Below the pieces are notes generated by a model. It did no database searches. It was not told the origin of the DNA and worked only from the letters and a program-made list of their open reading frames with translations. A DNA stretch of 64,000 nucleotides from a virus. Lineage: Duplodnaviria; Caudoviricetes. Position 1 is the first letter of the stretch; each line of letters begins with the position of its first letter. The position numbers and the translations under genes are program-made. The DNA is taken from IMG/VR virus record IMGVR_UViG_3300008259_002461; one strand, 5' to 3'. Shown here one piece after another: positions 46,213 through 56,779 of the stretch.

Positions 46213-47118
46213 ATGTCAGTAACAGTCGGCTCAAAGATTACAGCAGCAAATTATAATACCTTACAAAGTAGGGTTGCCAACATATTGGGGCAAGGCTTTG
46301 ATCAATCTGGATACGGACAGTCATTAGTTAGTAGTTTAGTTGATGCTGAGACGTTAATAACAGCTGAACATATGGAATTATTAAGAACTGATCTTAATAG
46401 AATTTGTGTACATCAAACTGGTAGTCTCTCAAATCTTTCAGAATTAGATTCTGGCGACAAAATTAGTGCTAACGCAGTAAATGGTGATCCAACTAAAGGT
46501 TTTAACGCTTATGTTTCACTAATGAATGTTCTTGAACCAAATGCTCAAATAGTAGATCCTACACAAGTTACAATAGAAACAGCTATTACAAGTGTTAGAT
46601 ATAGTCCATGGAACGGTCAGCCAGTACATTCTTTTACAGTAACTTGGAATAGCCAAGATCAGCGTAGAGCATTTTTTAACGCTGGCGGCGAAATACACGT
46701 ATCTGCTGAAATTGCTGGAGATACAACATCAAAAGGCTTAGATTGGAATGCCATGCTTCAAAACATGGGTACTATTAAATTTGGCAAAAATGCTACAACT
46801 AAAACAGGTAGTGGCGGAACAGCTTATTCAATTGGAAATTACCAAATAACATCTTCTTATCAAAGAATTTTTGAAAGAAATGGACAACTTAGCACTTATG
46901 CCGAAAACAGATACTACGTGTCAGCAAAAGAAATAAGTACTAGAGCGATCCAGTTTAGAATAGAATTTTTAGATGCTGATAGCGGAGATCCAGGAAACGA
47001 CGAATCAGTCTTTGGAACACTTACTAGTTTAGTTAAACAACTCCGTCCAACCGGAAGTTACGTATCAATTACATCTCCATCATATTCTAATCAAGTTGAT
47101 CTCGCCAGCGGCGCTTAA
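46213..47118 (+). CDS. Putative virion structural protein, paralog of the next gene
   Basis: Shares YN.L...ILG.G...GYGQ, RR.FFN.GGEI and SIGN(Y/F)Q.T.SYQ.IF with 47131-48243; has a late promoter. Confidence 0.6.
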   Translation: MSVTVGSKITAANYNTLQSRVANILGQGFDQSGYGQSLVSSLVDAETLITAEHMELLRTDLNRICVHQTGSLSNLSELDSGDKISANAVNGDPTKGFNAYVSLMNVLEPNAQIVDPTQVTIETAITSVRYSPWNGQPVHSFTVTWNSQDQRRAFFNAGGEIHVSAEIAGDTTSKGLDWNAMLQNMGTIKFGKNATTKTGSGGTAYSIGNYQITSSYQRIFERNGQLSTYAENRYYVSAKEISTRAIQFRIEFLDADSGDPGNDESVFGTLTSLVKQLRPTGSYVSITSPSYSNQVDLASGA

Positions 47119-47130
47119 CAAGGTTAAACT

Positions 47131-48243
47131 ATGACAGTAAGTATTGGTAATGTAGCACAAAACACAGACTATAATAATTTAGTTTCTGAGATAAGAAATA
47201 TCTTAGGCAACGGTGTTGGTGCAGCAGGGTACGGTCAATTAATTTCTAACTTAACAACAGTAACTGGAAGTTCTACAAAAGATATAGCCATTACAGAATG
47301 GAACAATCTTAGAACACAAATTAATAGAATTTCTAGACATCAGCAAAATACTGATCAAAGTATTGGTGCTCTTACTACCGGTAGAATTATTGGTGCAGAT
47401 GAATCAGGTACTAGTGTAACACGGGTAGATACTGGTGGAACCATAACATTTACTCATAATAGTTCTGACACTACTATGGGAGTTAACGATTTTATTACAG
47501 CCGTTGCAAACGTAAAAACTATATCTGATGCAGTCACTCCTACAGTTCATCCTATACAAAATACATTAACAAATACTAGGGTATTTGCATCGAGTACACG
47601 TACTGCATCATGGGGCGGCGCTGGACAGCTACAAACAGTAAATTGTATATTTGAAATAGTTTTTGAAGGCGGGTATCAAGTTTCTGATTCTACTACCGGT
47701 GCTACAGTCACAGCAACTGGAGCAGATCATAGAAGACACTTTTTTAATACAGGCGGCGAAATAAGAATTTCAGGCGCAAATACTAGTACTAGTCAAGTTA
47801 AAGGGTCAGACTGGGCAGTGATGCTTCAAAATATGGGAGCAGTAGTACTTGGTAAAAATAAGACTACTGTGACTGGCACAGGAAGAGCAAGAGACGGCGT
47901 TACTGATGTTAACCTAGATGGTATTGTTGATAGTAGCATAGGAAATTTTCAATTAACAACAAGTTATCAATTAATTTTTCAACGTAATGGCGGCGGGGAA
48001 AGTGCAAACTATGCTGAAAATACCATTACAATGTATGCACGACGAAACCTTACTGGCGACATTATTACTATATCAATTGAATTAACTGATAACGATTTAG
48101 GCGACCAAACAGGTACAGGGCCAGGAGTTGACGAGCCAGTTGACGGTACATTACAGATTGGGTTAGATCTAAGACGAGCCACTGGCAGTTTTGTTTCAGT
48201 CCCTACTCCTGTAGCAATAGTAGCAGACGAATTATTCACATAA
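47131..48243 (+). CDS. Putative virion structural protein, paralog of the previous gene
   Basis: Same motifs as 46213-47118, with Thr/Gly-rich insertions. Confidence 0.6.
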   Translation: MTVSIGNVAQNTDYNNLVSEIRNILGNGVGAAGYGQLISNLTTVTGSSTKDIAITEWNNLRTQINRISRHQQNTDQSIGALTTGRIIGADESGTSVTRVDTGGTITFTHNSSDTTMGVNDFITAVANVKTISDAVTPTVHPIQNTLTNTRVFASSTRTASWGGAGQLQTVNCIFEIVFEGGYQVSDSTTGATVTATGADHRRHFFNTGGEIRISGANTSTSQVKGSDWAVMLQNMGAVVLGKNKTTVTGTGRARDGVTDVNLDGIVDSSIGNFQLTTSYQLIFQRNGGGESANYAENTITMYARRNLTGDIITISIELTDNDLGDQTGTGPGVDEPVDGTLQIGLDLRRATGSFVSVPTPVAIVADELFT

Positions 48244-48246
48244 TCA

Positions 48247-48275
48247 TTGACATCCTGCACATTTTGTTATATAAT
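48247..48275 (+). promoter_or_regulatory. Perfect sigma70 consensus promoter heading the modification cluster
   Basis: TTGACA, 17-nt spacer, TATAAT, then SD AGGAGG and ATG 48294. Confidence 0.85.
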
Positions 48276-48293
48276 AGTGTGTAGGAGGTCTCA

Positions 48294-48641
48294 ATGGACG
48301 ATCGTTTAGAAAAAGCACTTGAATTTTCAAATTTTATGACTACGCTGAATAATCAGCGCAGAGTCATTCGTGAACAATTTTTAGAAAATTGTATACATTA
48401 TCTTAATGGCGGTAAATTTTCAGTTACTAGAGAACTGATCAATTTTTGCAGTTTAATGCAAAGTCGAGGTCACGCTAATATTGTTCTTATAGATGACAAC
48501 GATGCTCCGGTTGAAGTATCTGATCTAGAAAAATTTTTAGATGACATAACTGACATTTATTTTACTAACTCAAATGAATACCTTAATAAGTACAACGAAA
48601 TCAAAAAAAATAGAACAGTAAAGGGACTTGTTAATTTATGA
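48294..48641 (+). CDS. Hypothetical protein (possibly a fibre chaperone)
   Basis: 115 aa with a strong SD and an ATGA overlap with the next gene. LIDDNDAPVEV.DL..F weakly recalls DUF4376-type proteins. Confidence 0.6.
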   Translation: MDDRLEKALEFSNFMTTLNNQRRVIREQFLENCIHYLNGGKFSVTRELINFCSLMQSRGHANIVLIDDNDAPVEVSDLEKFLDDITDIYFTNSNEYLNKYNEIKKNRTVKGLVNL

Positions 48642-49498
48642 CGAGGGGAGTATTACTGTTTGCTCTTAATAATTCTACAATTGATTATATTAAACAAGCA
48701 ATCTATTGTGCAAAAAAAATTAAGAAACATTTAGGCATTCCTGTAGCTCTTGCAACAGATAATCCTGACTATCTAAAAAGTCAATTTCCGTATTATGAAA
48801 AATACATACAACATATAATCCCGTTAGATTTTTATACAACCACTCAAACTCGAAGGTTTCGTGACGGTACAATGAGCAAGCGTGATCTAGAATGGAAGAA
48901 TCATAATAGATCAAGTGCATACAATATAACGCCGTTTGACGAAACTATTGTTATGGATACTGATTTTATCATAGGTAACAATTTGCTTTTAAATTGTTTT
49001 GGTACCGACGAAGAGTTTTTCATATATAGAAATGTTGAAGATTTAAATCAAGATAGGCCTGACGGTCACGAATTTAATAAAATTAGTGACAGAAGTATTG
49101 ATATGTATTGGGCTACTGTTTTTTATTTTAAAAAAACAGAGTTTATGCAAAGTTTTTTTGAATTACTAGATCACATTAAAGAAAATTGGCATTTCTATAG
49201 ATTAATATATCAAATTCCGTTTAAATTGTTTCGTAATGATTATACGTTTAGTATAGCAATTCATATGCTAAATGGGTTTCAGCGTACTAGCTGGCCTAAA
49301 GCATTACCTGGAAAATTATGGTTTACTACTGACGCTGACGTATTAATAAAAATGGAAGATGAGAGTTATACATTTTTATTAGATAAAAAAGAGTGGGTAG
49401 GGCATTATACCGCCGGATACATTAAAGATACTAATATTCATATCATGAATAAGTTTAGCCTTAATCGTGCAATAGATGAGGCCTTGACAAATGAATAA
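48638..49498 (+). CDS. Putative GT-A fold glycosyltransferase (GT8/GT71-like)
   Basis: AYNITPFDETIVMDTD (DxD motif), WATVFYFKK and FRNDYTFSIA. Confidence 0.65.
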   Translation: MTRGVLLFALNNSTIDYIKQAIYCAKKIKKHLGIPVALATDNPDYLKSQFPYYEKYIQHIIPLDFYTTTQTRRFRDGTMSKRDLEWKNHNRSSAYNITPFDETIVMDTDFIIGNNLLLNCFGTDEEFFIYRNVEDLNQDRPDGHEFNKISDRSIDMYWATVFYFKKTEFMQSFFELLDHIKENWHFYRLIYQIPFKLFRNDYTFSIAIHMLNGFQRTSWPKALPGKLWFTTDADVLIKMEDESYTFLLDKKEWVGHYTAGYIKDTNIHIMNKFSLNRAIDEALTNE

Positions 49499-50312
49499 AG
49501 GATTTTGTTTACTTGCACAAAATAATGAAACTACTGATTATGTAAAACAGGCATATGCTTTAGCATTGAGTCTTCACAAGTATAACAAAGATCAAAAAAT
49601 TTCGTTAATTACAAACGACACAGTTCCAACAGAATACAAAAATGTCTTTGATCAAATACTTCCAATTCCGTGGGACGATAGTGCAAAAGATGCACAATGG
49701 AAAATACAGAATCGTTGGAAGGTATATCATGCTAGTCCCTACGACGAAACAATTGTCTTAGAAGCAGACATGTTAATACTAACTGACATTACACATTGGT
49801 GGCAAGAACTAGGCAAGCGAGATTTATTTTTTGTAAGTAATGTCCGCACATATCGAGACGAATTAGTAACTTCTGCTTATTATAGAAAAACTTTTATTGC
49901 TAATAAACTTCCTAATCTTTATAGTGCCTGTCATTATTTTAAAAAGGGAGATGTTGCTAAGGAGTTTTATAATCTAGTTGAAATGATTACAAATAATTGG
50001 CAATTATTCTATGGTAAATTTGCGTCAGAAGAATATCAAAAATGGTGTTCAATGGATGTTAGCTGTGCTCTTGCAAGTAAAATATTAGGTAACGAAACAG
50101 AAATAACTGATCCTAATAGTTTTATTACCTTTACGCATATGAAACCTCATGTGCAAGGATGGAGACAAACTCCAGAGCAATGGACTAAAGTTATTGGAAA
50201 ATATTATAGACCTGATGGTACATTAATTCTGGGTAATTATGTTCAAAAAGGTTTATTACATTATGTGGAAGACGAGTTTCTAACAGATAATATTATTGAG
50301 AAATTAATATAA
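49491..50312 (+). CDS. Putative GT-A fold glycosyltransferase, paralog of the previous gene
   Basis: VYHASPYDETIVLEAD, YSACHYFKK and SMDVSCALA. Confidence 0.6.
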   Translation: MNKGFCLLAQNNETTDYVKQAYALALSLHKYNKDQKISLITNDTVPTEYKNVFDQILPIPWDDSAKDAQWKIQNRWKVYHASPYDETIVLEADMLILTDITHWWQELGKRDLFFVSNVRTYRDELVTSAYYRKTFIANKLPNLYSACHYFKKGDVAKEFYNLVEMITNNWQLFYGKFASEEYQKWCSMDVSCALASKILGNETEITDPNSFITFTHMKPHVQGWRQTPEQWTKVIGKYYRPDGTLILGNYVQKGLLHYVEDEFLTDNIIEKLI

Positions 50313-50325
50313 AAGGAAAATAATA

Positions 50326-51243
50326 ATGAAAATTTTAATGACTGGAACAAGCGGCTTTATAGGTCAACATTTAGAACCGTTGTTAAAAGAACAACACGAG
50401 ATTTATTCTTTAAAAAGCGACTTACTAGATTTTGATGCAGTTACAAAAGAAGTTTTAGACTTTCAGCCTGACATTATTGTACACCTTGCCGCACGTACAG
50501 AAGTAGAAAAAAGTTTTTACGAACAAATAACATTTAGTCAAATTAATTATGTAGGTAGTGTCAATTTAATTGAAACTGCAACAAAAATTCCTAATCTTAA
50601 AAACTTCGTGTTTGCAAGTACTATGGAAGTGTATGGTTGGCAACCTATTAGTGATATTGTCCAATCTGGTAGAGTTCCGGAAATATTTGAAGCTTTTGAC
50701 GAAAACACACCGCCCAATCCTAATGCGCCTTATGCTGTGGCTAAGTATGGAGTTGAAAAATATTTAGAATATGCACATCGTTGTTTAGAACTACCATTTA
50801 CTGCTATTAGACAAACAAACTGTTATGGCCGCAAGGATAATGAATTTTTTGTTACTGAACAAATTATTAGTCAGATGCTGGCTAATCCGTATGAAGCAGA
50901 GTTTGGATATGCAGAGCCATATCGTAACTTTATCTTTATCGATGACATGCTAAGTGCTTGGACTACTATTATCAATAATCCTGCACTAGTAAACACAGGA
51001 AAAATCTTAACTATTGGTCCAGATAATCCAATTAAGATTAGAGAATATGCAACTATAATTGCAAAGAAACTTAATTGGGATGGTAAAATACATTGGCATC
51101 GCAAACTACACCGTCCAGGAGAAATTTATTGGTTGAATAGTAATCATAATTTACTTACCAAGCTAACCGGGTGGACACCTAAAGTAAGTTTAAGTGACGG
51201 TCTTGACAAAACTATTGAAATTTGGAAAGAAAAATTAAAATGA
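50326..51243 (+). CDS. NAD-dependent nucleotide-sugar epimerase/dehydratase (extended SDR)
   Basis: GTSGFIG, VHLAA, ASTMEVYG, PYAVAK (YxxxK) and RNFIFIDD. Confidence 0.9.
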   Translation: MKILMTGTSGFIGQHLEPLLKEQHEIYSLKSDLLDFDAVTKEVLDFQPDIIVHLAARTEVEKSFYEQITFSQINYVGSVNLIETATKIPNLKNFVFASTMEVYGWQPISDIVQSGRVPEIFEAFDENTPPNPNAPYAVAKYGVEKYLEYAHRCLELPFTAIRQTNCYGRKDNEFFVTEQIISQMLANPYEAEFGYAEPYRNFIFIDDMLSAWTTIINNPALVNTGKILTIGPDNPIKIREYATIIAKKLNWDGKIHWHRKLHRPGEIYWLNSNHNLLTKLTGWTPKVSLSDGLDKTIEIWKEKLK

Positions 51244-51818
51244 AATGGTATTTTAATTTTAAAGATCCTGGAGGCGAGATATGGAAAATAACCAATGAGC
51301 TTGACGAGTCAACTCCGTATATAGAAGTAGAAGCCGAACTTTATAAAGAGTTTTCAACTGAACAAAAGCGAATGCAAGACTACATTATTGTTCCTACTGG
51401 CAAGACAGATTTAAAATATGAATTGCAATTGAAACATCAAGATCTATTAACATTTGACGTAGATACAAGCGTTCATCAAATTCAAAAAGTTGATAATGTT
51501 AATACTAATAATGCAGTTGTAATCGAACAAGATGTTAAACAGGGAGTTTGGACAATCAGTATGACCGAACAACTACGAGCGTTATTAACTCAGACTGCAT
51601 ATTATAAAGATAAAACTCAGCTGATATATGTTACTGATCAAGACGACCCAAATATTTTACTAGACACAATAGAAGTAAAGTTGTATAATATACTATTCGA
51701 TAAATCGTTTGTGCTGCCTAATCAATTAGTAAAAGTTGCTCAACGATTAAATGTAAGTTTGTATTGTGGTAAGATATTTGAAAATTATTATCATTTGGTA
51801 AAAAATTATGAAAATTAA
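51240..51818 (+). CDS. Hypothetical protein
   Basis: Start moved to 51240, giving an ATGA overlap with the SDR stop. No recognisable motif. Confidence 0.65.
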   Translation: MKWYFNFKDPGGEIWKITNELDESTPYIEVEAELYKEFSTEQKRMQDYIIVPTGKTDLKYELQLKHQDLLTFDVDTSVHQIQKVDNVNTNNAVVIEQDVKQGVWTISMTEQLRALLTQTAYYKDKTQLIYVTDQDDPNILLDTIEVKLYNILFDKSFVLPNQLVKVAQRLNVSLYCGKIFENYYHLVKNYEN

Positions 51819-52701
51819 AGTAGCGGAACAGGACATTATTTTCCTTAGTTATGACGAACCTAATGCTGAAAAAAATTATGCTGACCTATGTGCAAAAGTT
51901 CCTTGGGCAAAAAGAGTTCATGGAGTTAAGGGCAGCGACGCCGCACACAAAGCATGTGCCGCACTAAGCGAAACAGAATACTTTGTTACTGTAGATGCTG
52001 ATAATATAATTGATCCAAAATTTCTTGACATTGAAGTAGACTTAGCAGAATTAGGTCTCACTACTGAGCATGTGTTTAGTTGGTGCGGAAAAGTTCACGT
52101 CAACGGCCTTATGTATGGCAATGGTGGTTTAAAAATGTGGACACGTAAATTTGTTAATAATATGCGTACACACGAAAATTCAGCAGTTGACGACGAAAAG
52201 GGAAAAGTAGAATTTTGTTTTGACGAAAAGTATTATCAGTTCAACGACAGTTATTCAGAAAGTTTTACTAATGCAACACCTTTTCAAGCCTGGCGAGCAG
52301 GATTCCGCGAAGGTGTTAAAATGAGCCTCAACCAAGGCACTAAAACTACTGATATAAAAAAGGTGTGGTGGCAAAATTATCAACGATTACTTATATGGTG
52401 CAATATTGGTGTAGACGTTGATAACGGCATTTGGAGTACAATAGGTGCTCGAGAAGGTTGTTACATGACTAATTGTACTGACTGGGATTATGCACAGGTG
52501 CGCGACTTTGAATATTTAACTGAGTATTGGAAAGAAAAGGGATACGGTCCTACAACAGATACTTCTGATTATTTTAATTGGTTAGGTACTGAACTTAAAC
52601 ACAAGTGCGGTTTAGAAGTTTCCAATATTGATAGTGACGGTTCAAAATTTTTCAAGACGGTGTATCAAAACACGCCAAGAATAATTAAAAGGGCAAAATG
52701 A
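51808..52701 (+). CDS. Putative GT-A glycosyltransferase, paralog of 61603-62286
   Basis: DIIFLSYDEP, AKRVHGVKG..AH, FVTVDADN (DxD), NGGLKMW and AWRAGFREGVKM. Confidence 0.55.
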   Translation: MKIKVAEQDIIFLSYDEPNAEKNYADLCAKVPWAKRVHGVKGSDAAHKACAALSETEYFVTVDADNIIDPKFLDIEVDLAELGLTTEHVFSWCGKVHVNGLMYGNGGLKMWTRKFVNNMRTHENSAVDDEKGKVEFCFDEKYYQFNDSYSESFTNATPFQAWRAGFREGVKMSLNQGTKTTDIKKVWWQNYQRLLIWCNIGVDVDNGIWSTIGAREGCYMTNCTDWDYAQVRDFEYLTEYWKEKGYGPTTDTSDYFNWLGTELKHKCGLEVSNIDSDGSKFFKTVYQNTPRIIKRAK

Positions 52702-54080
52702 GCAACGAGCAAAAAATACAAATACTCAAAGATAAACGAGATAAAATTAACTCAGTAAGTTGTAGTTTTTGCACAGCTAAATGGTTACAAACAACTTTAT
52801 ATCTGCAAAACGGTTACAATCACAGTTGCCATCATCCTGCTCCTCATAAGATTCCTCTCGAAGAAGTACTAGCAGATCCTGCGGCATTGCATAACAGTAA
52901 ATTTAAAAAAAGCCAACGTGAACTGATGCTCAAAGGCGAGCGACCTAGTGAGTGTGATTATTGTTGGAACATAGAAGATTTAAATAAAGATTATTTTAGC
53001 GATAGGCATTATAAAACATCGGATTACTGGGCATGGGATAAATTTGATCAAATTGCTAACAGCGACCCTAATGATAATGTTTATCCTAGTTATTTAGAAA
53101 TTAGTTTTTCCAATGCATGTAATTTTGCGTGTATTTACTGTAGTCCTGAAATTTCATCTAAATGGATGGAAGATATACAACAGAACGGGTCTTACCCAGT
53201 TAAGAATGGAGCTCATCATTTAGGCTGGTTAAAACAAGTGGGACGTTATCCGTATGCACATCACGATGAGAATCCGTATGTAGACGCTTTCTGGAAATGG
53301 TTTCCAGAAACGTTACCGCATTTAAAAGTGTTGCGTATTACAGGCGGTGAACCAACTATGAGTAAAGACTTATGGAAATTATTAGATTACTTAATTGAAA
53401 ACCCGCAGCCTGAATTAGAATTAGCTATTAACACTAACATGTGTGTGCCTGATGTATTAATTGAAAAATTAATTAATAAAATTAATAGCTTACGAGGTGT
53501 GATAAAGCGTTTAGATATTTACACTAGTCTTGAAAGCACTGGATCTCAGGCAGAATATGCAAGAGACGGATTAGACATCAGTGTATGGCAGCAGAATGTT
53601 TGTAAAGTATTAGATAATACGCAATCAACAGTGGCTATAATGACCACTGTTAACATATTAAGTTTACCTACCTTTGTAGATTTTATAGAACTAGTAATGC
53701 AGTTACGTAAAGATTACAATACAAACTTTGAACATAATCGAATTCCGCTCAGTATAAATTATCTAAGATGGCCACCACATTTGCAATGCACTCTTTTAGA
53801 TAAAGAAGAAAGACAGCAGTATGCAGATGATATCTATGTAGCTTGTGAAAAATGGCTGAAATATTATAGCTTAGAAAAGTATGCTCGAATCTATTTAGAA
53901 GAATGGGATCAAATACAAAGATTTTGTGATTACTTACGCACAGCAGAACCAGCAGTAGAACACAGACAGGACTTTGTAAGATACATACAAGAGTATAATT
54001 TTAGAAGAAACAAATCGTTTACTAAGATATTTCCTGAATTCAAAAACTTATTAAAGGAATGGGATGCCCAAGAAGCCTGA
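52698..54080 (+). CDS. Radical SAM enzyme with an N-terminal twitch (half-SPASM) domain
   Basis: FCTAKW...SCHH...CDYCW, then CNFACIYC, ITGGEP and INTN. Confidence 0.9.
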   Translation: MSNEQKIQILKDKRDKINSVSCSFCTAKWLQTTLYLQNGYNHSCHHPAPHKIPLEEVLADPAALHNSKFKKSQRELMLKGERPSECDYCWNIEDLNKDYFSDRHYKTSDYWAWDKFDQIANSDPNDNVYPSYLEISFSNACNFACIYCSPEISSKWMEDIQQNGSYPVKNGAHHLGWLKQVGRYPYAHHDENPYVDAFWKWFPETLPHLKVLRITGGEPTMSKDLWKLLDYLIENPQPELELAINTNMCVPDVLIEKLINKINSLRGVIKRLDIYTSLESTGSQAEYARDGLDISVWQQNVCKVLDNTQSTVAIMTTVNILSLPTFVDFIELVMQLRKDYNTNFEHNRIPLSINYLRWPPHLQCTLLDKEERQQYADDIYVACEKWLKYYSLEKYARIYLEEWDQIQRFCDYLRTAEPAVEHRQDFVRYIQEYNFRRNKSFTKIFPEFKNLLKEWDAQEA

Positions 54081-55512
54081 AGAAGATTTAAAGCAATATA
54101 GAGAACGTGTTCTAGACACTAAGAGCACCAGCTTCTGCGGAGCAAAATGGTATAATGCTACTACATGGCTAGGTAGTGGTACCACAGCAAGTTGCCATCA
54201 TCCTCCAGCACATAAAATTCCAATAGAGGAAATTAAACGTAATTACACTGCTATTCATAATACTGAACATAAAAAAGAAATGCGTCGAATGATGCAGTCT
54301 GGCGAACGCCCTCGCGAGTGTGAGTACTGTTGGAAAATGGAAGACATGGGCAAAGATGCTGTTAGTGATCGAACATTTAAAAGTATCATTTATACTGATG
54401 AAGAACTACAACAGGCGTTTGATGCAGACATAAACGAAAATACTAATTTAAAAACTTTTGAAATTGCATTTGATAGGGTATGTAATCTTGCCTGTTCATA
54501 TTGTAATGCTAGTTTCTCAACTACATGGGCAAAGGATATTAAAAACAACGGTCCTTATATTAATCTTGTAAGTGACGGCGCAGGCGCATTTCATCACGAT
54601 GGATCTTGGGCACAGCCTTACAAAGACGATGAAGATAATCCCTATGTACAAGCATTTTGGAAATGGTGGGATAACGGACTATCAGAAAGTCTACAAGAGT
54701 TACGAATCACAGGCGGCGAACCTCTAATGAGTGGTAACACATGGAAATTATTTGATTGGTTTGAAGCGCAAAACAGTGATATGAGATTTGCTATTAACAG
54801 TAACTTAATTGCAAAGTCTGATATTATAGATAAGTTAATTGCTAAATCAAAAAATATTAAACACTTTGATTTGTACACAAGTTGCGAAGCAGTAGGCGAT
54901 CAAGCAGAATACATACGTGATGGTCTAGATTATCAACTATGGAAAACAAATCTAAAAAGAATTCTTACAGAAGCAAACTATAAAGGTGTACACATAATGA
55001 TGACTATTAATAGTTTATCTTTGTTTAGTATTACTGAATTTCTTGACGAAATGTACCAGCTAAAAGAAATGACACAAAGTAGAACTCCTACTGTTAGTTT
55101 AAATCTGTTAAGATTTCCTAGTTTTCAAAGTCCGTTGGCACTACCTAATCATATTAAAGATCATTGCCATAAAAAGCTGTCAACATGGTATGCGCAAAAT
55201 AAAGACCTACCAGGTTGGCACGAATTTGAACGTGCAAGTATTGAAAGATTAATTGATTATCTTGTTACAGTAGATGCACCTCATCGCAGAACAAGTAATC
55301 CTATTACACTGTGGAGAGACTTTAAAACTTTTTATCAGCAGTACGATCAGCGCAGATCAAAATCCATATATGTATTTCCTAAAATTTTAACAGATTGGAT
55401 TGATACTATACCTGATACAGACATAGCAATAAAAGAGTTAGCAGACAAAGAAGGCTGGGTGTTAACACCTGACTCAAGGAACATTGATGATCCTATTGCG
55501 ACCTACAATTAA
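54064..55512 (+). CDS. Radical SAM enzyme with an N-terminal twitch domain, paralog of the previous gene
   Basis: FCGAKW...SCHH...CEYCW, then CNLACSYC, ITGGEP and INSN. Confidence 0.9.
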   Translation: MPKKPEEDLKQYRERVLDTKSTSFCGAKWYNATTWLGSGTTASCHHPPAHKIPIEEIKRNYTAIHNTEHKKEMRRMMQSGERPRECEYCWKMEDMGKDAVSDRTFKSIIYTDEELQQAFDADINENTNLKTFEIAFDRVCNLACSYCNASFSTTWAKDIKNNGPYINLVSDGAGAFHHDGSWAQPYKDDEDNPYVQAFWKWWDNGLSESLQELRITGGEPLMSGNTWKLFDWFEAQNSDMRFAINSNLIAKSDIIDKLIAKSKNIKHFDLYTSCEAVGDQAEYIRDGLDYQLWKTNLKRILTEANYKGVHIMMTINSLSLFSITEFLDEMYQLKEMTQSRTPTVSLNLLRFPSFQSPLALPNHIKDHCHKKLSTWYAQNKDLPGWHEFERASIERLIDYLVTVDAPHRRTSNPITLWRDFKTFYQQYDQRRSKSIYVFPKILTDWIDTIPDTDIAIKELADKEGWVLTPDSRNIDDPIATYN

Positions 55513-56779
55513 TTTATATTACGATAATATTGTTAACGGAATACCTGTTCCTAACGGCATAACACGATATAAAATTAATAAACAGTACGATATTCCAGTG
55601 ATGTCTAGTTTAGAATACAGTGATCAAGTCCTTAAAACTACGTATTTTTATAATGTAATGAAGGCAAACGAAGTCACAGTTAATTTGTTTACTAAAAGAG
55701 ATATGGCGTCAAATTTATTTTATCCATTGGAGCTTTCAAAAACAGCAATACGGAATCGTCTTATTGATATTATTCCGGAAAAGACATTAACTCGTATTAA
55801 AAAACGAAAAATGAAATTATTATTACTTTATCAACAATGGATAGGTGATTATAACTTTATGCAAAATCTTAAAGAAAGAATTGATGTATTAATTCGAAAC
55901 GGAGTTCCTACTGATCAAATTTATTTAATAACCGGTGATATTAATTGTTCCTATCAGGAATTATTTGACAAGGTTAAAGTATTTGGTATTGATTGGTGGC
56001 AAATTGCTTATCAACTAACTTGTAAATCTAAGTATCAAAATATTGATTATCATTGGGTCACATTTTTACTAGATGATGAAGTGCGTGAAAGTTTTGATAT
56101 CAATAATTGGAATAATCCCAGTTTACTATTTACAGCATTAACTGGTGAATCGTCAATGCATTCACTGGCTACTATTACTGAACTAGAATCTAGAGAATTA
56201 TTAGATAAAGGTTGCTATGAATTTAATGTTAAGAAAAACAAAAATCTAAATTTAGATAGTAAAATATTTACTAATGAGTCATTGTTAAATAACAAACAGT
56301 CAAAAAAAGATATAATTAATAATTTATTATCATCTGAGACAACTATCGCAAATATATCGGAGTCATTAGAAGACAGTCTATTTGCAATTGTAGCAGAGCC
56401 GTTCACACCTATGATGGATAAAACGTATCTGTCAGAAACAAATGCACTATGGGTATCGCCAAATATATGGAACGCTATTGCTCAAGGTTATCCTTTTATG
56501 GTAGTAGGAAGTTTATCTACTATGCGTTATCTTAATAACGAAGGATATTTTAGTTATGTAGATCTGTTTAATGAAACATATGATAGTGTTAGTGATTTAA
56601 AAATTAAATTAAATTTAATAATGACTGAAGTTGACAGATTATCTAAATTGTCTAAAGAAGAAATTAATGATCGTATAATTTTAACAAAACCATTTATCGA
56701 GGCCAATAAGAAAAAGTTTTATGATAAAAAACACACTTGGAAATTTTACGACCTTTTCAAAGAAATGCAATATGAATAA
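55484..56779 (+). CDS. Hypothetical protein with a GT10/GT-B-like C-terminal region
   Basis: LFAIVAE...NAIAQGYPFMVVG...L...GY.SY.DLFNETYD resembles the GT10-like F.I..E...TEK...PF.V.G pattern, but TEK is absent. Confidence 0.4.
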   Translation: MMILLRPTINLYYDNIVNGIPVPNGITRYKINKQYDIPVMSSLEYSDQVLKTTYFYNVMKANEVTVNLFTKRDMASNLFYPLELSKTAIRNRLIDIIPEKTLTRIKKRKMKLLLLYQQWIGDYNFMQNLKERIDVLIRNGVPTDQIYLITGDINCSYQELFDKVKVFGIDWWQIAYQLTCKSKYQNIDYHWVTFLLDDEVRESFDINNWNNPSLLFTALTGESSMHSLATITELESRELLDKGCYEFNVKKNKNLNLDSKIFTNESLLNNKQSKKDIINNLLSSETTIANISESLEDSLFAIVAEPFTPMMDKTYLSETNALWVSPNIWNAIAQGYPFMVVGSLSTMRYLNNEGYFSYVDLFNETYDSVSDLKIKLNLIMTEVDRLSKLSKEEINDRIILTKPFIEANKKKFYDKKHTWKFYDLFKEMQYE

